Assembly: GCA_016839555.1 (NCBI GenBank)
Contig: JAEOUA010000011.1
Span: 192,001 to 256,000 of the forward strand
Origin: Promethearchaeota archaeon
GTDB taxonomy: Archaea > Asgardarchaeota > Lokiarchaeia > Sigyniarchaeales > SOKP01
Direction of reading: 5' to 3'
DNA length: 64,000 nucleotides
The notes beneath the pieces were generated by a model. The model had not been told where the DNA came from. It saw nothing but the letters and a program-made list of their open reading frames with translations, and made no database searches. Within the stretch, counting starts at the first letter, position 1; the number at the start of each line of letters is the position of its first letter. Below, piece after piece: positions 57,727-64,000 of this stretch. A program made the position numbers and the translations under genes.

Positions 57727-58467
57727 TTATTTTGCTATAAAAACGGCAATTGGGACACTAGCTTCGCGCCACTGAGCAATCTTCCCAGAATATTCGAAAT
57801 CTAGTTTTGAGCGACCGTGATCACCGAGGATAATCATTAATGAACCAGGCCTGAGCTGTTTATAATTTGTTTTAATCCATTTATCAGTTCTTAATATTAA
57901 CTTCTCGATTAATTCTTCTGGAGTGCGTTGTTTTAATCGTTGTTGTTGTTTATGAAGATTTTCGAAATCAAGATAGTGCATCCAAGTAAGGTCATAATTG
58001 TTAATCACTTTCGCAGATTCAATCCAAGTATTCATATCAGAATCTTTTAGTTGAGAAAAAGTTCCTCCATCATAACGTTTTAAATCTTTTTCTCTGCCTA
58101 TAAAGCACGAATTTTTATCATGAGCATTAAGATATTTTAAGAAATGAAATCCATTAGGCTCTACCTCAAACCCTCCAAACATCATTTGGTGAAGCACACC
58201 TAAGGTATAGGGATTTTTTGTACTTAGAAGAACCATAACTTCTGAGTTAGTGATAATAAAACGGGGCTTAAAATAAGTAATTTCGAAAAGCCCAAAATTA
58301 TCTATTAGGTTTATACTAACCCTTTTTATTCCTGCATATTTTTCTATAATAAAATCTATAGGTTTTGGGATCTGATTAGTGGGGGGTTCTACTTCGAGTA
58401 ATTTTAGAATGGTTGCGGGTAATTGATTAAGATACGCTTTAATATTTACTAATTCACTCATAGACAA
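57727..58467 (-). CDS. Reduced alkaline-phosphatase-superfamily (NPP/PglZ-like) protein
   Basis: LPATILKLL, LIDNFG, HYLDFENLH, ILGDHG, VPIAVF. Confidence 0.6.
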   Translation of the reverse strand: MSMSELVNIKAYLNQLPATILKLLEVEPPTNQIPKPIDFIIEKYAGIKRVSINLIDNFGLFEITYFKPRFIITNSEVMVLLSTKNPYTLGVLHQMMFGGFEVEPNGFHFLKYLNAHDKNSCFIGREKDLKRYDGGTFSQLKDSDMNTWIESAKVINNYDLTWMHYLDFENLHKQQQRLKQRTPEELIEKLILRTDKWIKTNYKQLRPGSLMIILGDHGRSKLDFEYSGKIAQWREASVPIAVFIAK

Positions 58468-58716
58468 TCGTACTTTTATATTTAATAATTTTTATTTTTT
58501 TTTTATATTCTAATATTATAATAATAACAATAATTATTAATTAATTGTTTATTTATTAATTCAATAGATGAGCCTCTTATTCGATTATGGCTTCATACAA
58601 AGAAGATTGAATAATTTAAAAGCAAAAACAATTTAAATTTATAAAATCGTTGTAATATATATCAAATAGAGCAAGCATATTCTAAAAGAAGAATAATAAA
58701 TAAAAAGGTTTTAATA

Positions 58717-58962
58717 ATGAAAAGATCTGCAAGCGAAAAAATAGCTCTTATTGATAAGGTTTTAGATCGGTGGGACGATGGAGTCTGTTTATATTGTGGC
58801 AACGTGTTAAATGGGGATATGGAAGGGCCAGATTATGATTCGATGCGTTCAGATACCTTCTGTCTGAACTGTGGTAAAGATATTGATCCTTATGATGAAT
58901 GGGATGATAGTGCTGTAAAAGCGATCAAAAAAATAGTCAATGATGAAAAATTTAAACCTTAA
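58717..58962 (+). CDS. Small acidic zinc-ribbon protein
   Basis: CLYCG...FCLNCG, 81 aa. Confidence 0.7.
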   Translation: MKRSASEKIALIDKVLDRWDDGVCLYCGNVLNGDMEGPDYDSMRSDTFCLNCGKDIDPYDEWDDSAVKAIKKIVNDEKFKP

Positions 58963-59117
58963 CTTATTTTTCTTTTATTATTTTTTTTACTTTAAGAAAT
59001 TTTAATTTAATTTAGCGTGTAATAGAAAGTTAATCATGAAAAAGAGTAAAAAAGATTTAAATTAAATTGATGGGGTAAATTAAAAGAATATAATGAGAGA
59101 AAAAAATTCTAGCATAA

Positions 59118-60419
59118 GTGGCGAGCAAATTTTTGAATATACTTTATATTGATTGTACCAACTCGGGAATATCGGGAGACATGTTTTTAGCAGCATTATT
59201 AGATTTACTTCCAAATCCAGAACAAATTTTAGATCTTTTATCAGATTTAAAAGAATATTTAACAGGAGTCTCTAAGTTAAAAATCAAATTAAAAAAAGTG
59301 AATAAAAATGAGCTACGAGTTAATCAATTACAACTAAAAATTAAAGAAAAAAAAGCATATCGCTCTGTAAAAGCTCTTAAAGATTCTTTAAATCGTTTTA
59401 TAAAGGAGAAAGGATACTTATCCCAGGTTTCTAAATATGCTAATAATGTTTTAGATACCCTAATAAAAGCTGAGGCACATGTACATGAAAAATTAGACGA
59501 TAAAATACATTTACATGAGCTTAGCTCAATTGATACTTTAATTGATATCTTAGGAGTGAGTAAAGCTTTAGAACTACTCGGAGTTTTTTCCGGTAATTTC
59601 AAGATTTATTGCAGTGACTTACCCGTAGGTGGTGGAGCTATTGAAGCTGCTCATGGTTTAATTCCAATTCCTGCGCCCGCTACAGTTAATATTTTAGAAA
59701 CATCTAATCTAAAAATCACCCCCGGTCCAATCCAAGATGAATTAAGTACTCCAACGGGTGTAGCATTATTAACTAATTTGAATCCCATTCTAAAAAAGCC
59801 ATCTTTTAATATTCATAAGGTTGGTCAGAGTCTCGGACAGAAGAACTTTCCGAATTTTTTGAATATGTTAAGAATATTTATTGGTCAAATTGATTCAGAG
59901 ATAAGCGAAGATTTAGATAACCCACTACTCAAATATAGGGAAAAAGTCTCGGTAATTGAGACGAATGTTGATGATATATCTGGAGAAGTTATTGGAGATT
60001 TCATAGAAATTATGGAAAATGAGGAGGTATTAGATGTTCAAGTGAACCAATCTATAACAAAAAAGAATAGACCAAGTTATGTTATTAAGGTGTTAACTAA
60101 ACCTGAATCAAAATATCAGATTATTGGAAAAATTATTCACACTCTAGGAACGTTGGGAGTAAGATATTATACAGTTGACCGCATCTGTGTAGAAAGACAA
60201 ATTAAAGTAACGCAGATTAACATAGATCAAGCCATATATCCCATACGATATAAACTTTCTTATATTATCATTGAAGGAGAAAAAAAAATAGTAAATATTA
60301 AGCCAGAATACGATGATCTTAGAAATTTACGAGATAAAACAAAATATTCTGTAAATATATTACAAGATTTGTTTTTTAATAGTATAGATATTGAAAAAGA
60401 AAAAGAAAAATCTAAATAA
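59118..60419 (+). CDS. larC: Nickel pincer cofactor biosynthesis protein LarC
   Basis: SGISGDM, AEAHVH...HLHE, AHG.IP.PAPAT, TPTG, ETNVDD, TKKNRP, TLGVR, KPEYDD. Confidence 0.93.
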   Translation: MASKFLNILYIDCTNSGISGDMFLAALLDLLPNPEQILDLLSDLKEYLTGVSKLKIKLKKVNKNELRVNQLQLKIKEKKAYRSVKALKDSLNRFIKEKGYLSQVSKYANNVLDTLIKAEAHVHEKLDDKIHLHELSSIDTLIDILGVSKALELLGVFSGNFKIYCSDLPVGGGAIEAAHGLIPIPAPATVNILETSNLKITPGPIQDELSTPTGVALLTNLNPILKKPSFNIHKVGQSLGQKNFPNFLNMLRIFIGQIDSEISEDLDNPLLKYREKVSVIETNVDDISGEVIGDFIEIMENEEVLDVQVNQSITKKNRPSYVIKVLTKPESKYQIIGKIIHTLGTLGVRYYTVDRICVERQIKVTQINIDQAIYPIRYKLSYIIIEGEKKIVNIKPEYDDLRNLRDKTKYSVNILQDLFFNSIDIEKEKEKSK

Positions 60420-60550
60420 CTCTGATAATCTTTAATTTAAAATAGAAATAAAAAATGGAATTGAAATAAATTCCAAAATTAATTGAAACTTATTTTTTTA
60501 TCCTTGATATAGTATTTTGTTTTTCTTGTAAAATGTATAAGCTTTTTTTT

Positions 60551-61093
60551 TTAATAATCGTCTATATTAAACTTATTTAACATGTAATCTTGCTCTAATG
60601 CTTCTTTTGAAAAATCTTGTAACTTTTTCAATTTCTTATTAATCATAGTAACTTCTTTTTGTTTACCCAATTCTTTAAAAATCTGCATTGCTTCCTTATA
60701 AGTATCAATTGATTCATCATAATCCCCTCTGACTTCTAAATCCTCAGCTATGAATATGAGCCCTTGAGCAACATCAATCTTTTTACCCAATTTTTTCTGA
60801 ATTTTCAGAGATAACCAGTGATGTTTTAAAGATTCTACATATTGTTTAAATATAGAATAAGTTCGCCCCATAGCTCTTAAAACAATAGCTTCTTCTTCTT
60901 TAAGATTATTTTCTTTACAATGTTTTAAAAATTTCGAGAGAAAACTAATATACTGTTTGCTATCCTCTGAATGATTAATCTTTGAAATTGCCTTTTCATA
61001 TGTTACTAAGGAATTGTTAATTTCGCCATTTTCAAAAAATTCTTTTGATCTTTGAAAAAGATCATTCATAATTGCGACCAATTTTAGTCTCAA
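60551..61093 (-). CDS. Tetratricopeptide-repeat protein
   Basis: A.VL..MG..Y, SLKIQKKLG, A.GL..IA, Y.EAMQIFKELG. Confidence 0.75.
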   Translation of the reverse strand: MRLKLVAIMNDLFQRSKEFFENGEINNSLVTYEKAISKINHSEDSKQYISFLSKFLKHCKENNLKEEEAIVLRAMGRTYSIFKQYVESLKHHWLSLKIQKKLGKKIDVAQGLIFIAEDLEVRGDYDESIDTYKEAMQIFKELGKQKEVTMINKKLKKLQDFSKEALEQDYMLNKFNIDDY

Positions 61094-61558
61094 CTACGTT
61101 TTTATATTTTACTTTTTTTTAGATGATTAAAAAATAGATTCATATAACATATAATCATCAACATATTTATAGTTATCGGGTCTTAAAATTTAGAACTAGG
61201 ATTGGTGAAATAGGGAAAAATTAGAAGTCTGCTAATGTCCGCCTCCTATTAAAGTTTCAATCAAACAATTGTTTTATTAAATTATTATTTTATTAAGTAA
61301 ATTCTCTTTTAAATTTTCAAGAGAATTTAAAAATAATCCCTTAATTTTAGTGTATTTTGATTAAATCTTTGTTGAAGTTATGAGATAGTCAATTTTATTC
61401 AATATCGATTTATTGATTTAAGAATGATGATTTGGAATTTTTAAAATCTATTATGATTTATAATTTCTAAAATCTAAGAACTAACTATTTAGAGTACTTT
61501 AAGAATAAGAATTATAATAGAAGGAAAAAAAAATATTTAATTTTCATGTTTTAATGTT

Positions 61559-62209
61559 TTAAATCCATCCTAATAATATAAATATGAAGAATGCGCCTCC
61601 TCCAATAGCATAAATAGTACCTACAAATTTTATTTGTTTCTTTTGATCTTCTAAATCATGCACATAAAACGCACCCACAAAAAACCACAAGTATCCTATA
61701 GGGTATATTAAGATTGGATTATACCAATTCCACCATGGATATTCCCAGATAAGATAATTACCCCAATTTAGTAAAATCTCTACGAAAACACAAAATGCTG
61801 CGAAAAGAAGGGCGTTGAACCAACGATTCGAAATACCAAAAACTTTTTCTTCTTTATTATCCGATAAAAATTTCGAGAACACAATTCCAGCGATAGAAAA
61901 CATAAAAAATATTTCTATGTTCCATCCAATTAGAATAATATATGCACTTGCACCTGGGGTTGTCCAAAATGCAGAATAATCGGTGAAAAAGAAGACTAGA
62001 GCGTTCCAGACCTCATTTATCAAATCTAAGCCTAAAACGGTCAATCCAGCAAAAATAGGAGACCAATTTCCAGTTTTTCTAGCTTTTTGTATTTCTACTC
62101 CGTAAATATATAATACAATAGCAAGGATGGGGATGATATACCAGCCGAAATGAGGATTTAAAACACGCAAATTTTCAAGAGCTTTTTGAGATGCCGCAGT
62201 TGGAGCCAT
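61559..62209 (-). CDS. Trp-rich integral membrane protein of unknown function
   Basis: About 6-7 TM segments with intramembrane D/E residues (DLINEVWN, WNIEI, VEILLN). Confidence 0.75.
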   Translation of the reverse strand: MAPTAASQKALENLRVLNPHFGWYIIPILAIVLYIYGVEIQKARKTGNWSPIFAGLTVLGLDLINEVWNALVFFFTDYSAFWTTPGASAYIILIGWNIEIFFMFSIAGIVFSKFLSDNKEEKVFGISNRWFNALLFAAFCVFVEILLNWGNYLIWEYPWWNWYNPILIYPIGYLWFFVGAFYVHDLEDQKKQIKFVGTIYAIGGGAFFIFILLGWI

Positions 62210-62689
62210 ATTTATTTCTATTCTCTTTTAATTTTTAATATATATTTATTATATAAATCTATATCAGAGATATTAATAAATGTTTAAAATTATTGCTTAG
62301 AAAGAAATATAAATTATAGAGAGAATTTTAAAAATGTATAGAAAATATTCAGATTTAAGGCATTTATTTTTATAAATATACTTAAATGAATATTTCTAAG
62401 AAGGAAGATTCTGAAAAAAATTATTTATTTTTTTTTAACTAAAATTATCTTCATTCTTCACGGATTAATCAATTCTTTAATTCCTGTATTAGAATCCTTT
62501 TAGATAAATCATATACTCATAGTTGCAACAAACACGGTAATATCATTATTCTTTAGCCAAATCTATTAACAAATTTTATTTATAAAGATATTGTGAGAAC
62601 ATGAAATTAAAATAAAATAGGAAGCTTTTTTATCTCTATTTTAAAGATATAATTTCAAAATTGAAATTTAATATTAGAAGGAAATAATC

Positions 62690-62920
62690 TTATTCTAGTT
62701 CTTTTTTAAGAAGCTTAATATAATTTTTTTTTAACGATGTTATTTTACTATCTAAATCTTTTGGTTTTATAAAGTTTCTATAATCTATAAATACTTTTTT
62801 GCATTGTGATATAAAGTGATAGGCATCCAGCTCATTAGTATTTTTCTGATTTTTCTTAATTGTTTTATATTCACTCTGAGGTGTCATTTTATTAACTTTA
62901 CCTGAAACTCTATTGGACAT
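62690..62920 (-). CDS. Hypothetical basic protein
   Basis: 76-aa ORF; no motif recognised. Confidence 0.35.
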   Translation of the reverse strand: MSNRVSGKVNKMTPQSEYKTIKKNQKNTNELDAYHFISQCKKVFIDYRNFIKPKDLDSKITSLKKNYIKLLKKELE

Positions 62921-63068
62921 AGTTAGATTGAAAATCTCTTCATTAAAAAATCATAGAAGGCTGATGATTTACTATGATCACATAAAATAAATTTGTTTTG
63001 AGATAGAAAATATAAGGAAGAAAATCGTAATGTTTTGAAGTTCTATTAAAAAAAGAGTGAAAGGTTTA

Positions 63069-63305
63069 TTATTTTCGTTTTAATGACAAATTTTTTAGAG
63101 CTTCAATTACTTCTGGCGTAAATAAGGTTCCAACGAGAATAACAGACAAAAATATTAGAATTAAAGTTAATACTATATTCATCCCAAAAATTATTATTAA
63201 AATAATATCCAAAACAAGTAGTATTATCAAACTTATAGGTAAAATTTGGTATAATAATTCTTTTCTCTCTGCCTTAGTTTCATTTTCAGTTTCTTCAACG
63301 CTCAT
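63069..63305 (-). CDS. Small two-TM membrane protein
   Basis: Hydrophobic hairpin, 78 aa. Confidence 0.6.
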   Translation of the reverse strand: MSVEETENETKAERKELLYQILPISLIILLVLDIILIIIFGMNIVLTLILIFLSVILVGTLFTPEVIEALKNLSLKRK

Positions 63306-63438
63306 TTTTTAAACCTATTTTACTATAAAATTATTAATTAATTTAGATTATTCATTTCTTCATTTAAATTTTGTTGATTATAGAAATTTCAAAAACTAAT
63401 TTGATTTATATATGAAGAGTTGACTTAAATTGAATAAT

Positions 63439-64000
63439 TTATTTTCTTACTCTATTTGCAATCAATGCCGCAGAAGCCCCAGCCCCAAATCCATTATCTA
63501 TATTTACCACTAATAATCCAGGGGAGCATGATTGAAGCATAGTAGTTAATGCTCCTTCTCCATTCTTTCCTATCCCATATCCCGAAGAAATAGGCACACC
63601 TATAACTGGTACATCAACTAAACTGGCAACAACTCCGGGAAGAGTTCCTTCCATTCCCGCTAAAACAATAATCACATCCACACCTTGTTTAATCATTTCA
63701 CTTAATGGTTGAAAAATGCGATGAATACCTGCAATTCCAACGTCATAGCCAGTAATTACAGAGCATCCCATTATTTCTGCTATAGTTTTTGCTTCTTCTG
63801 CTATAATAATATCCGAGCTACCAGCAGTAATTATTCCAATAACTCCTTTTCTTTTCTTAAATGAATATTCTTTTTTTTTTATAATTATAATTTTCCCTAG
63901 CTCATTAAATTTTATTTCATATTGCGTATTTTCCTTGAATGTTTCTATTAATAGACTTTTCTGAGTTTCTGTAACTTTTGATACAATAACAAAATGATGT
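63439..64000 (-). CDS. larB: Nickel pincer cofactor biosynthesis protein LarB (5' end outside the window)
   Basis: Frame stays open to the window edge: IITAGSSD..AEEA, DVGIAGIHR, AGMEGTLP, PVIGVP.S.GYG, CSPG..VVNIDNGFGA. Confidence 0.93.
   Translation of the reverse strand, partial: HHFVIVSKVTETQKSLLIETFKENTQYEIKFNELGKIIIIKKKEYSFKKRKGVIGIITAGSSDIIIAEEAKTIAEIMGCSVITGYDVGIAGIHRIFQPLSEMIKQGVDVIIVLAGMEGTLPGVVASLVDVPVIGVPISSGYGIGKNGEGALTTMLQSCSPGLLVVNIDNGFGAGASAALIANRVRK

Noticed and set aside
58557-58613. Hairpin starting with ATGA as a possible SECIS element or NikR operator
   Set aside because: It lacks the apical AA and GA-quartet geometry, no adjacent gene has an in-frame TGA at a catalytic position, and spacing does not fit the GTATGA-N16-TCATAC operator.
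62440-62600. Possible decayed coding fragment on the minus strand (IWLKNNDITVFVATMSI*...)
   Set aside because: Short, interrupted by stops and not assignable to any family.
63871-63880. Ten-T run in larB as a frameshift or phase-variation site
   Set aside because: The reading frame is intact through it (encodes KKK), and such runs are common in this genome.
1-64000. Selenocysteine or pyrrolysine readthrough
   Set aside because: The recognisable genes ending in TGA or TAG appear complete for their families, and I saw no conserved continuation past the stops.
1-64000. tRNA/rRNA genes, IS elements, integrases, proviral genes
   Set aside because: No GC-rich cloverleaf or rRNA-like tract and no transposase, integrase or capsid motifs were recognised by eye; tRNAscan-SE and HMM searches would be needed to exclude them fully.

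Overview
A strongly AT-rich, gene-dense archaeal chromosome segment, most consistent with an Asgard archaeon of the Lokiarchaeia type. The assignment is inferred from archaeal rps15/rps3ae, a histone, four longin/roadblock proteins, a stand-alone RING finger, paralogous URO-D/MtaA-family enzymes and a Loki/PGF-CTERM-like sorting tail. About 55 CDS are present. Housekeeping and metabolic genes include two NDP-sugar dehydrogenases, argF, an IDH/IPMDH-family enzyme, GDPD, HAM1, a sirtuin, GH2, an acyl-CoA dehydrogenase, a radical SAM enzyme, nikR, larC and a partial larB. Main points of interest: (1) a ~15.8 kb co-directional cluster in which a LolD/MacB-type ATPase with extra N- and C-terminal domains and two double-FtsX permeases bracket a large surface protein and a membrane-spanning subtilase with cytoplasmic zinc ribbons; (2) a nucleotidyltransferase-HD hydrolase fusion divergent from rps15; (3) a box C/D guide RNA candidate directly behind a NOT4-type C4C4 RING gene; (4) several apparently disarmed paralogues (rubrerythrin lacking di-iron ligands, TFS/RpoM lacking its catalytic ribbon, a reduced AlkP-fold protein); (5) an RNase III with dsRBD; (6) a GC-richer 8-repeat beta-propeller gene beside an ADH/MFS chimeric scar; (7) an uncalled 49-aa four-Cys ORF. 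I saw no rRNA, tRNA, CRISPR array, transposase or integrase. All family calls come from motif recognition by eye; no database search was run.
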